Shown here one piece after another: positions 1 through 28,065 of a stretch of 64,000 nucleotides of DNA (its first letter is position 1; each line of letters begins with the position of its first letter). The DNA comes from Blastocystis sp. Blastoise (lineage: Eukaryota; Protista; Bigyra: Opalinata), in NCBI GenBank assembly GCA_039096225.1, contig JBBPEB010000032.1, positions 310,001 through 374,000 on the forward strand. Reading direction: 5' to 3'. Both the position numbers and the translations under genes were made by a program. The notes below the pieces were generated by a model. The model searched no databases and was not told the DNA's origin. It worked only from the letters and a program-made list of their open reading frames with translations.

Positions 1-11745
<11,745 letters not shown>

Positions 11746-13373
11746 CGTCTATTTCACTTGCAGACGTAACTTTCTACTTAGATAATCGAATTTACAACGA
11801 ATAAAGGCTCTTTATCAATTTGTAAACAAACAAATTATTAATGTTTACTCCAACCTCAAATTTTATCAATCATTGAATGAACCAATGAAATCAAACAAAA
11901 ATTTAAGCAGTGTTTCTCTATACAAATCATAGAAAAAAATATTTGTCGTCTGAATATTTTTCTTGCAGAAATATTTCTAATTAAGTCATTATGAAAAGAA
12001 CTGAAATTTTCATCGAGAAGATTCTATTTTTGAAATTCCCGTGATTATAAATTATTGATTTTTATACAATTTTTCCCACGGTTATCTAATTCTAGCTTGA
12101 TCAAGTTTTTAGTACAATAATCATAAACATCAAGTAGGGTTTTTTTTCTGGCTTTATTAATACTTGTCAGAGATTCATTCATCTTTATTAAACATTTCTT
12201 TTTTAAATATTTATTTCTTAATATTTTATGATTGTCTACTGTATCTTATAAGTTATATCTTTTTCTATAATACTTGTGCGAAATTCGCCATGTGTAGGTT
12301 TGTGTACATTTCTAAATTTACTACAAACACTTTAGAAACAATCATATAGACTATCTAGTATCGAACTAACTAGTGTAAAGTGTCTAATTATCATTTAAAC
12401 AATGAATCCTTAGTGTTACTTTTTTTAACTAGAAAAACACAATCTTCGTTTCAGAGATAGAATAACTCTACCGTGAATATCAATATCAACTAATCACTCA
12501 ACATCACATACTGAGATGATCCAAAATACTTCGGCAACACTAAATCTCAAAAAAATTCTGAATCACAAAATTCCAATGACTTGGTTTCAACTTTTTTATC
12601 TGATCATATCGATTTTTTTATTTACTAAAAATAAAAAATATATGATCAAATCACAAAAAGAAAGATAATTCACTTTGTAGATCCTTTATCACAAATCCAA
12701 TTACGTGTTAAGATAACCAATAAGAATAATAAGAATTTATTCGGAATCGAGTTCGTAAAATAGAATGTAGATAATAGGTTGCTTTTGTATCGGATATACT
12801 CGTAAAAACGAAAATAAAGTAGATCATCGAGGCAAATGCAAAAATAATACATCACGAATATCCATCATTTCGCCATATCTAGTCATTATTCGAGTCCACC
12901 TGGCGTGTCTGATAGTTATATCAAAGAAAAAATGAAAATATGAAGTAAATCACAACGTGTTTTATGATATCGTAATACATTCTTTCTAATGTATCCACAT
13001 GTTATGTAATGCCGTATATGAATCATAGAAACACGTTAAGTACCTATATAGCAATAAAGAGAATGAATCGTACTCATTTCCTATTGGCTCATCTTAAAAC
13101 ATGTTTAGAACAATTTTACCATGAATCTGATGATATCACAAGATAAAAGAAGCAAGCAAATAAAGGATCCATACCAAAAAAATAATGAGTGGAATATTTT
13201 TAAAAAAATAGAAGATTCAGCAACAATCAGGTATGACTGATTTGTTCAATTTTTTTTCCAAGGAAATTCAGTGTGTTGACTTTTTATTCTATTTTTTCTT
13301 GTCTCTCGGAGAGTATATTTTATTTTATAAAATTATAATATTATTATAGGTATACAAATAGTAAAGAAATAAA

Positions 13374-13751
13374 ATGTCTATTTTTTTAAAAGGAAGAGTT
13401 GTTATATCATTAGGTAAAAGATATTTTGCTGATGTTGTTTCAAAGTCATCTGTAGAGAAAGTTGGTAAAAAAATAAGTGAAACTGTTGTCAAAGCTGAAG
13501 AAAAGCCTAAAGTTGTGGTGAAAGAAGTAACAAAAGTTGTTGAGAAGACTCCCTTCAATAGAAAACGAAATTGGTTCATTACTGGTTTCGTTCTTACTGC
13601 TGGAACAATGGGTTATTATGTTAATTCTCTTATTGACAAGAAGAATAATCAAATTGAGACTGCTATTAGTCTTCTTAGAGTTGATTTGAAAGAAAAGAAT
13701 TATGAATTTGAACAAAGATTATTAAGATTAGAAAATGCAAAAAATAATTAG
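13374..13751 (+). CDS. Small single-pass membrane protein with coiled coil, probably targeted to the mitochondrion/MRO
   Basis: Intronless 125-aa ORF. Basic, acid-free N-terminus ending in an R-3-like cleavage motif (KRYF/AD), one hydrophobic segment (WFITGFVLTAGTMGYYV) and a C-terminal coiled coil. Confidence 0.7.
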   Translation: MSIFLKGRVVISLGKRYFADVVSKSSVEKVGKKISETVVKAEEKPKVVVKEVTKVVEKTPFNRKRNWFITGFVLTAGTMGYYVNSLIDKKNNQIETAISLLRVDLKEKNYEFEQRLLRLENAKNN

Positions 13752-13982
13752 TTTTTGAATTGTTTTTATTTTTAAAAGTAAAATTATTTTATGAAACATA
13801 TTCTCATTTTCTTTTGTATTTATTTTTATGAAACTATTATAGTGTGTTTTTGTTTAGTATTATATGAGTATCAAAAACAATTTTTGCGATCAATGATTCA
13901 ATTTCTTTTTCGAATTGAATACTTATTTTAGTATTTGTTTGAAGTATCATTGATATGGAGAGTTACGACATATGTGAGTGTG

Positions 13983-14903
13983 TTACCAAAGTTTTGTATT
14001 CTCGGATTCATGTTCTTTAAGTGATGAGAAGAAATCTTCGTTTTCAAGAAAGAAAAAATACCTAAATAAGAGAAAAAAAGTAAAGTATTTATGAAGAGAT
14101 GATTCTTATTGGCTAAAAAGATTTTTTTTAAATACAAAAATAAAAATACTCTAAAGGTGAGTCATCAATATGATATAATTCAACACATCCATGTGTAGGA
14201 AGATTTCCATTCGTTTTCACATAATTTTCTAATGCTGGATATCTAAATAAAAATAGAATATAATGAATATAAACACTGTTTAAAATAAATATTAAAAACA
14301 AAGAATATATACACAACTGAACGTCCAAATGTATAACTTAATAAGTTTTTAAAAGGAAAGCAAGCACTACATAGAAAGAATACAAGATAGTAGACAAAAA
14401 AATAATAGAGATACTGAGCAACACGACTTTTAGGTATTGTTACTATTTGGAATTCTTCACTGTTTTTAGTGATAATTTGATCTAGTAAATCTTGTCTTTC
14501 AATCACGGCAAACACAGACCATTTCATGTAATCTGGAGATTCTACATCTTTATCTGATGTATAATGTATACATCCAAAACTTTTGCAATCGAGATCTTGA
14601 TTAAATTCCTTAAATATTATTATATTTTATAGTTTCCAAGATATAAATATACTTTTTTGAATATGTTACACACTCTTATCATTGCTTTTCCAAAATCAGA
14701 CACAGGACCCACAAAATTATATGTACTAATCAAAATAAAACAATTATTAATGTAAATATTTAGTAATACAGGACTTTTTTCTCTTCAAATACAATTGTTT
14801 CAACTTTGATCTTTTTGTAGAATCCCATGTATACTGCGAACAATACGCAGAATATCATGCATAATATTGCAATTTGCGCGACTAAAAGATAGACTGATAT
14901 CAT
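13983..14903 (-). CDS. TEX264-like membrane-anchored GyrI-domain protein (6 exons)
   Basis: Spliced product MISVYLLVAQIAILCMIFCVLFAVYMGF...ACFPFKNLLSYTFGRSVVYPALENYVK...GCVELYH...EDFFSSL...KLW*. It resembles the TEX264 FP...LS......V.PAL..Y......E.Y pattern. All introns are GT-AG. Confidence 0.6.
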
Positions 14904-15277
14904 GGATAGCAAAGAATAGTTTAAAAAAATAAAAAGTTGTTTTTTCTATAATAATTCACGAGTATGTCTTAAATAATTTTTTTAAAATCATGTATGATTT
15001 CTGATGAGTATTGTATGATCTATGATGAGGTTGTATCCTATGATTATAAACATTCAGTACTTTTTATCAAAATTTGAATTGAGTTACTTTTGCTATTTTT
15101 TATTTAATGTATAAGTCATATTTAGTGTTACTTAAATATATAAAAAATAATGATAATTTGTGTAATCCGATTTGAATCATGATCATTTTTCATAAAAAAA
15201 TAAAGAAATAACAAAACTAGATACTGTTTAAACTATTAATATTTTAAAATTTTACAAAAAAATTGAGTAAGAATAGT

Positions 15278-15638
15278 TTAAGCACTGATAGGAATAAGAC
15301 TAGCGCCTTCTTCAGTTTGAGCATCCGATTTCATATTGTTCTTAGTAATTTTATCATGTCTACATTTCATTACAAGATAAACTACAATGAGAATAATAAC
15401 AACACCTACAACAATAAGTGTAATAATTAAAAATCTATTTTCTTCAGAAGGCTTTTTGTTATTAGGACAACCTAAAGATAATATAGTTATAATAATAATA
15501 GCTATAATAAATATAATAAAAATAAATATAATAATATATAATAATATATACCTTCATTAGAAACAAGAAACATTTCTTCATTAGAAACAATGATATTACC
15601 AGTAGCTAGAAATATTTTTAGTTACAAAAACACAGTTA

Positions 15639-15681
<43 letters not shown>

Positions 15682-16416
15682 CATAGTATTTACTAGCTTC
15701 AGAAATATCTAAAGATCCATCAGTACCAATATGATTAGTTTGACCAATCCAAACACGAGCATCATTATGAGTACAATTGTGATCACTATATACATAAAGT
15801 TTATTACATATATATAGTATATCAATGATTATATTATTGAAATAACATTAAAAATAAAACACAAGAATATATATATACATACCTTAAACTGAATTCATTA
15901 CCAGTAATAGCAGGTGTACATTGATAGAGTTCATTGAAATAAGTAGTATCTTTAATATCAATAGTAACATCAACATATTCAAAGTTGAAAGTAGAACTAG
16001 CTAAAAAATAATAGTATCAATATATATATATTCTAATTTATATTGATTAATCTTATATACAATAATCTTTCATTTCAACACTATAGATATAAAGATAAAA
16101 TATATATTTAAATATTACATTATAAAATGAAATAAAAGAAATTTCACTTAGAAAAATAAATAATAAAAAAAAAATAAAAAAATAAATAAAATAAAAAATA
16201 CTTGTAGTTAAGTGAGTAAATAGGATGTTCACATCTACCTTCATATTGAACTTCAGAAAAATAAAAAGAAGTTAATTTGCTTTCTTTGTCAATCATAAAG
16301 AAATAATCACGACTTTCATCTTGCATGTTCTTACAACCATCATTGAAGTGTCCACAAGGTGTAGCAGAGACAGCGATAGCTAAAGCAACGAAGAAAAATA
16401 CAGAATAAGTATTCAT
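15278..16416 (-). CDS. Cys-patterned type I membrane protein (6 exons)
   Basis: Signal peptide MNTYSVFFFVALAIAVSA, ectodomain with 6 Cys, TM helix FLIITLIVVGVVIILIVVIFVM and tail ...EEGASLIPISA*. GT-AG introns keep the frame. Confidence 0.75.
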
Positions 16417-16950
16417 CGTAAAAAGAATCAAAAGAAAATAATATTAAGAATTAAGGATTTTATTGTCTTGATGAATTCTATGAATGACGTCAAATCAACT
16501 TTGTAATTGGTTAACAAACTGGAAACATGATTATTTATGAAGATAAACGGCAAAAACAGTATATTCTTATGATTTTTTAAGATTCTAGTGAAAGTGTGTT
16601 TTCCTTTGATAAAAGACTTTTTTTTTCTCAGAAGAATAACAATCGTTCACTGATTATTATAAAAAGATCTTATTTGTTTGTTCATATCTTTGCAACAAGT
16701 CTATATTATTTATAGTCTAGTTTTCTAAATGAAATTTATTTTATGTAAAAGGAGAGATGGTTTTTGTGAATGAGTCCCTAGGTATTTGATGATGTATCTT
16801 TCTTAAGAGTATAAAAGAAAATCATTGTAATTCATTGAGATTAATAACAAAACGAGTGAATTCATGATAAAATGTATAAAAGTGAGTTTAATTAACAGAT
16901 TTCTCAATGATGATTGTGATCAAAATGAGATATAAATAGATAAATATAGT

Positions 16951-18044
16951 TTATAATTGAGTTTCAAAGTCAATAGATTCACATGTGAGGTCTTTAAGAT
17001 TAAGGAATGCAGCTGTAGGAATAGAAGAAAAGGAAGGTAATGAAATCAGAAGAATAGAAGCACCTTCTTTGTTTTTATACATTTCAGTTTCAAATTTCTG
17101 TTGATTTCCAACAATAAATATATTCGGTATTTGACTTAACACAAAGGGATCTTTATTTACAAATGGATATGTTTCTAGATAATATAATAATTATTATAAT
17201 ATTTATTAATAATAAAGAAAATAATAATAATAAGGAAAATAATAATAATAAAGAAAATAATAATAATAAAGAAAATAATAATAATAAAGAAAATAATAAT
17301 AAAACATATACCACATGAATTTGGTGCTGTAGGACATAAAATACCCCATTGTAGAATATATTTCATAATAGTTAATGTACTAGGTGTTCCTTCAAGTTGT
17401 CTTTTTAAATCTTCTATAATAAAACCTGAACATAATAATATATGATAACCATATATATCAATTTCACAAGGATTTGTACAAGTATGTAATGAAGAATAAG
17501 AAGAAGCTATATTGAAGAGAATATATATATATATGCTTAGAATGAATAATTATGTAATGAATGATTAAAATAATAAGGAACAAAATATATATATATATAT
17601 AAAAAGAATAAAAGATAAAATTTTATTATATATATATATGTATTTAGGATAATATATATATACTATTAGTAAAGAAGAATGGATGAAGTGGCTGTTGAGG
17701 AAGAAGGACGGATGACGCGTCATTTCGACCTGGAATAATATCTACATCTACTGAAGACACTAACTATATATATAAATAATTGTATAATTTATAATAAATA
17801 ATAACAAATAAAGAAAAAAAATAAATAAATAAATAAAATAATAATAACTATATATACAGGAGAAATAAGTTGATCAAAAAGAGTGATAGGTTCGATCGAA
17901 TTTTCGATTTCCTTATTATCCAATCGGATGCGTCTAAAAGGTTCTCTATTAATATATGTACTATTCCCAACAAATAATACACGAGATATATTACGACATA
18001 ATTGATGATCCTATATATAATAATAAGAATAAATATAGATATAA

Positions 18045-18080
<36 letters not shown>

Positions 18081-18790
18081 GAGTAAATAATAATAATAAT
18101 AATAATAATAACATTAAAACAAATGATAAAATGAAAAACATAATGATTATTATGAATGATACAAAAGTTTAATAATATAATAAAAGATATCACAAAAAAA
18201 TATAAAACTCATAAAAATATTTAAAAAGCATATATATCTATATACTTCCTCACCTCCAAGAATACCTGTAATATAATCTACAAACATTTGTGTTTCGAGG
18301 AGTTTCTCCGTTTTTCCTATATTGACGCCAGAGATAAGAGCTAACGTTGGCGCCAATGTAGACGCGGGAAGAGTAGAGGAAAGAGGAATATGATAGGGTA
18401 TAGAAGGAAAACAAATATCAGTAACAATGAAATACCCATGTTTTTCCATCTAAAAAATATATAAGTAGATATACAGAAATAGAAAAGTATATAAAAAATA
18501 ATGAATTCATAGAATCATCACGACTTATATATATATTATATATATTATATAATATAGAATAGAAGAATGAATTGAGTAAGATAGAATAGTATATACCATG
18601 CCACGAACTGCAATAGTACAACCGTTAACAATAGAATCTGATTTGATATTTCCTGATAGTACAATCTTACTAATCTCATCTTCTAAAGTAATTATATCAT
18701 CTTCAGACGTCAAATGATCCTGAATATTATTCACATTTAAAAATTGAGACTAGAGAAATAATCACATAGTATTTATTAAATAATAGTAAT

Positions 18791-18849
<59 letters not shown>

Positions 18850-19543
18850 ATTAATATAATAATAATAATAAATAATATAATAATAAATAGAATTACTGTT
18901 ATTCATAAAAATATAAAAATATAAAAAAAAAATGAATAACATAAAATATATATGATTCTACATACTCCTATTGTTTGAGGATTGAATTGAACTGATAAAG
19001 ACTATAACAAAATATATATTTGATAAATAATAACAAAATGTATAAAACAAATACTTCATCAAGAATACTTTTATATTTCTTTAAAGTTACACACCTGAAT
19101 AAAAAAATTAATATGAATGCTAATGTATTATAATATAGATACACTGTTCCAACAATAACGGATTCCATATCTGATTTTAACTGACGAATTTCATCTATTC
19201 ACATTTATTACTTTTAATTATTTTATAAAAAAATACCTAATAAAACAACACCAGGCCATTCTAACTGTGAAGCTTGTTTTAAAAAAGGACGCATCTGCTT
19301 TAAACGCTCATTATACAAATTATAATACTATATATTGAAATATTTATAATAATTACATTGAATTTGTGTAGTAAAAATAGCATCGACTAGTTTGAAAGAA
19401 GCACATACTTGTTGAGTAAAGTCCATTTTTGGCACGAGATATTTTGAATTCTTATATTCGATATTATCGTTCTCTCTTTCACAAAGAACTTCTTTATGAT
19501 CATAGTCATCCTTTTGAAAATACTCATTTGCAAAAGAACCCAT
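16951..19543 (-). CDS. POLD2: DNA polymerase delta subunit 2
   Basis: Spliced motifs QQYYNLYNERL, LEDE, VDIIPGRND...LLPQQPLHP, CTNP, CPTAP...YPF...DPF and IFIVGNQ. Ten exons, GT-AG. Confidence 0.93.
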
Positions 19544-19787
19544 ACTATACAGAATTCATTGAGAAAAGTGAAAATCGTTTAATATTCACAAATATATACA
19601 ATATGCTCTTTTCTTCTCCTTCTATTTCCATCTTATAAATATAGAATATTTACGTATATGAATAAAACAAAATGAAGTTTATAAAAAATAAGAAAAACGT
19701 GAAAATATTTAAAAGAACAACGTTAATGCCTCTATTATTCATGTAACTATTCTTTTCTTAAGAAACTTATTCAGTACTCTTCAAACT

Positions 19788-20867
19788 ATGAGATTAGTAT
19801 TACAAAGAGTTGTATCTGCAAGTGTTATTGTTGAAGGAAAAACTATTTCTGAGATTGGAAAGGGTTTATTATGTCTTGTTGGAATCAATGAGAAGGATGA
19901 TCTTGCTGATGGTGGTCTTATCTCAAGTAAAATACTGACAACTCGTCTTTGGGAAGATGATAATGGAAAGGCTTGGAGTAAAAATGTCATGGAAATTGGA
20001 GGAGAGGTTCTTCTTGTCTCAAATTTCACATTGTATGGTGGATTAAAAAGTATTTCTCTTTCAATTGTATTTTTCTTTTCATTCCTTTTTTATTATTAAA
20101 CTTGATATTATTTTTTATTTTTCTATTTATAGAGAAGAAGCCTGATTATCATAGTTCAAGTATATATTCATAATTTAATTATTTATTAAAAAACAAAAAT
20201 TCTGTGAAGTGTTTTTTTGCTTTATTCACTATTATTATTAACATGAATTATATATATTTATTATACAGTGGCTCCAGATCCAGCTAGAAAATTATTTGAA
20301 GAATTTGTGAATTATGTTAAATGTGAATATAATCCTGATAAAGTTAAAGAAGGTGAATTTCAAGCTTATATGACTGTTAATATGGTATTTATATATTTAT
20401 TTATATATTTTATTATATATTTATTTTATTATATATTTATTATATACTTTTTATATATTTATTATATATTTTATTATATATTTTATTATATATTTATTAT
20501 ATATTTATTATATATTTTATTATATATTAATTTCAATATTTATTATATACTATGAATAGGCTGGTGATGGTCCTATTACTCTAGTTGTTGATTCTGAAGA
20601 ATATGATAATGCTACTGGTGAAATTAGAAAGAAATTAGCTAAGAAAATGGAATGTATTTTATTATTATATATATTTTCTTATTATATAGTATATAATTAT
20701 TCATAGTTATTCTTATTCCTATTTTTATTCTTTAAATAGGTGAAGTTAAACATAAAATGAGATTAGAAGCGAATCGCCAAAAACAATTAGCTGAAAAAGA
20801 AGAAAGTCCAGTTCAGCCACTTTCAGAAACACCTTTAGAAACACCTTCAGAAGAAATAAAAGAATAA
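19788..20867 (+). CDS. DTD1: D-aminoacyl-tRNA deacylase with C-terminal extension
   Basis: MRLVLQRV.SASV.V, GLLCLVGI, VSNFTL, KPDYH.SM and DGPIT. Five exons. Confidence 0.92.
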
Positions 20868-21540
20868 ATTAAACATTTCTTTTAAAGAATTGTATTATTT
20901 TGTACTGTTTCTATAAGTTTTCAAAAGTATGAGTATGTATAATAATTTTTGTTCATATTTTAACTTTTATGAGTTGTTTATTATAGATATAGGCATTTAT
21001 CATATATATATAATTTTTTTGAAACACAAAAAAAGGAGTATTTATTTGTTATTTTTTAATATTTAATGTAAATATTTTTAAATATACATTTATGAACATT
21101 ATAGAGTAAAATTATAGATAATGTAGATATTGAGTATAAATATGTGAAAAATATTCTTTGAGAGAAGAGTTCATAAGGAAACATAATAAAAAATGAAACA
21201 AAACAGTGTGATTATATTACATAATAACAATTTATTTATCATATATTATATATTATAGAGACATATAATATAATAAAGGAAAATGAGGAAATACAATGTA
21301 ATTAAACAAAAAAAAAACACAAAATTTCTACATAAAAAAATGTAGAAACCAATGAAAAATAAGAATAATATAAAAATAAAATAAAAAGTGAAAATCAAAT
21401 GTATAGAAAGAATAGAATAGAATACAATATATATATGGTTTATTCTTATATACATATATATACTATATATGTATAAATATAATAACATAGTACAAAGCAT
21501 GAATAAGAGTATATATTATATATATGTATATATATACTTT

Positions 21541-21716
21541 TTATTCTATATAGTTAAAGGAAGGTCCATTTTGAGGAACAAGATAAACAATAGAAGAATG
21601 AATACGTAAAGGAATAACACCCATATAGGCTCCCCGCGGGACTCCAGCCTTAGAATCTGGCATTAATCCCAGAGAATGAGCTATAGAGCGATATCCATCA
21701 CGAGTTGATCTATATA

Positions 21717-21796
<80 letters not shown>

Positions 21797-22070
21797 CGGA
21801 TAGAATATTTTATAGACAGAATTTGTTTTTAATTGTTGTTGAAATGATGGTATCAATTGTATTGTTTTTGCATTCTGTATCGAGTCTATGAACCATTTAT
21901 CATAATTAACCTGGATATATAGAGTATAGATATAGAATATGAATAATAATATATAATATATGAAAATACTTTTTTATATTGATTCATATCAATAGAAGTA
22001 AATTGAACAAACTGTGTATTCAAAACGATAGGCTTTAAATATTGAGAATAAAACCTATATATATATATTA

Positions 22071-22117
<47 letters not shown>

Positions 22118-24472
22118 GGATACTGTGAATTGCTGGATCCGACTTCACCAAATGTATATGTTCGACATATCTATAGACAGTAATGATAATAATAAACTAA
22201 GAGAATAATATATAATCATAATAATAATAATGAATTAAATAGATAATTAATATCATATATATATATATATAGAAATAATAATAAGAATAATAAATAATAA
22301 TTAGAATAATATATATCATATATATAATTATTCAAACAATAATAAATATATACTTATAACTATATAATAAATAATATATAACTATATACTTCAGGTCGAA
22401 TAATAACTCTGTTCTTTCGTATATCTGGTCTTCTTAACCAATCATCCCAATAGGCAGCGGGCCATTTTGGACCCATTTCCCGCCAAATTGTGGAGGTAAA
22501 CATCCATCCTAAACCGGGAAAAAAATCAGATCGAACTAATGTTGCTATATAATATAAATATAAATAAATATACTAATAATAATTAATAAAGTTTCTTTTT
22601 GAAAATAAGTATAATCATTATAAATAATAATAAATATTTATATATACATCAAGTAGAAGAGTATATAATAGATATTTAAAATATATAAATTTATATAAAT
22701 ACCAGGGTTACCAACAAATTCACTAAATCCATTATCATTCCAAGCAGAAGCTGCGAGAATCGTGTTATCTTCCCACAATAGTGGGGAAACCCCAGCGAAA
22801 TATTCAAAGAAATCACATGCAATTAATAGATCATCCTATAGATATATATTTAATAAAAAAAATTATAAAAATTTAATTAAATATGTATATATATATGTAT
22901 GTATAAAAAAAAAAAAGATACTATTGATGACATAATAAGTTATATATATATATTATTAAAATAAATGCACAATATTAATATTAAATACTATTTATTATAT
23001 TACATGTATATATATATAATAATAAATAATAAACTATAATAAACTATAATAAACTATAATAAACTATAATAATATACTTCAATAACAATGACTTGTTCAT
23101 AATGGAATTCATGGATTAATCGATTGAAAGCCCACCCAAAATGGCGGGCTAATTTATGATAAGGAGAATCCCCAGGGGAATATGTCTATATATATATATA
23201 TATATAATAGTAACTAAGGATTATATATATATATATAGATTGAAATGAAATGAAAATAAAAACTCTGTATTTAAAGGCAGATATTTGTATATATATATAA
23301 AGAATATAAATATAGTGAATATAAATAATTCAAAACAAATATATAATTATATATATAATAATATAATTATATATACTTGTTCATGATTCCAATGTTGATA
23401 TAGATGAATAGCTGGTATATTTTGTATTTGTATTTGTATTTGATTGATAATAGATAACATACTAGGTTCATTTCCATCTTGAGAAATAAACATATCTATA
23501 GAATATCGATTCCTTTTATCACGAAGAACGGTGAATAGTGTATTCATTGTCTTTTGAAGGTATTGAGGACGATTATATGTCATAATAACAACAGCAGTTC
23601 GACGATTTCCTATCAACTGATAAGAAGGATTATTATTATTATTGTTATTGTTATCGGAAATATTATTATCTGAGATATTATTATTATTATTATTATTATT
23701 ATTATCTGAGATATTATTATTATTATTATCTGAGATATTATTATTATTATTATTATCAATATCATTATTACCATTATTATTATTCTGAGAAAGTGATTGT
23801 ACAAATTCTTTTTCTTTTTTTTCTTCTTCTTCTATACATATATGAAATAAAAATATAATGATACATAATAATAATCTATATATATATACCTTTATCTTCT
23901 GTATCATGTATATCATTTTCTTGAATATTTTGTTTCAAATATATAGGATTCTCTTTATTAGTCTTCTGATTATGATCTATTTCATTTTCAGAAGTTGAAA
24001 TATCTCCTTTAATTGAATTAGAATCTCCATTCATATTATTTTTATTATCTTCTAACTTTACTTCATCCGTCTCTTGAGATAAATTATTATTTTCTCCAAT
24101 AGATTGAATAGTTTCTTTTGATTCAAGTTTGTTTTCTTGTTTTCTATTATTTGAAAACAAAGTATTTGTTATACCATTCATAGAAATATCGAACTCATCT
24201 TTTGAGAATACCTAGATAATATATTTAAAGTAATAAAACTAATCAAATATGTTTATCTATAAAAAATACTATATTTCTACGTAGATGTCTATCTTCTTGT
24301 ATATCCTCCTAATAGCAATATATAAAACTGCTTAAACAAATACTACACGATAGATTTGAGGTGCCAAATCTTTTATTTCTAATTGAAACACCGAACGATA
24401 AATCTGAAAGATGACACCTAACCAAAGTACCACAATGATACACAAGAAAAATAAATTCCTATAGGATTTCAT
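21541..24472 (-). CDS. MGAT1: Alpha-1,3-mannosyl-glycoprotein beta-1,2-N-acetylglucosaminyltransferase (GnT-I, GT13)
   Basis: N-terminal TM and long Asn-rich stem. Motifs YNRP, ISQDG, YHKLARH, IEDDL, SAWNDNG, RSDFFPGLGWM, WPAAYWDDWLR, RPE.CRT.TFG and GVPRGAY.G. Confidence 0.95.
22055..22123 (-). other. GT-AG intron with a U12-type 5' splice site (GTATCCTTTT)
   Basis: Junction CA|GTATCCTTTT...TATAG|G restores GSSNSQFYSQYL. No U12 branch sequence is visible. Confidence 0.5.
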
Positions 24473-24630
24473 TTCACATTCATTGAAATTCAAATGTTCT
24501 AGAGAAAAATGAAAACCATGGTAAACTAAAGTTATTTTCCATGGGAATTATGTTTTTAGTTAAAACATTCAAATTCTGTGAAGATACTTGATATTATCAA
24601 ATAAGTAGAATTCGTGTTAATTATATACGA

Positions 24631-27654
<3,024 letters not shown>

Positions 27655-28065
27655 CTATTTATACAAATCTATATACTATTATGTTTATTCAGTTTACTGT
27701 TATTGTCAATCATATATCGATAAAAAATATGAATATATTTGAAATATTCACTATTGATATATATAATAATAGATTTCTTATATGCGTATAAAACTACAAC
27801 ATGACAATCCAAAACAAAACAAAACAAATAAAACAAAAGAAACCATTAAGATAACAACATATAAAAACAACAGAAATGACTAAAAATTAGAAAAACAGGA
27901 AAATAATAATAACTAACAATGTAGATATATTCTATGTTAACAAAATAATATACCCCAAAAAGATGAAGGAAGAAAATTCTTTTTAACAATTTTCTATGAC
28001 TATTATACAAAGTATTATATATATATATAAGAAAGATTGATTATATATATAGATAGAAATCTAGA

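Noticed and set aside
11746-13373. 1.6-kb intergenic region with GC-richer patches (possible ncRNA or small gene)
   Set aside because: No convincing spliced ORF, snRNA, snoRNA or tRNA structure could be read. It would need an Infernal search.
21720-21790. Strict strand rule for intronic triplet repeats (TAT on the sense strand)
   Set aside because: This GnT-I intron has the opposite orientation, so the rule is not absolute.
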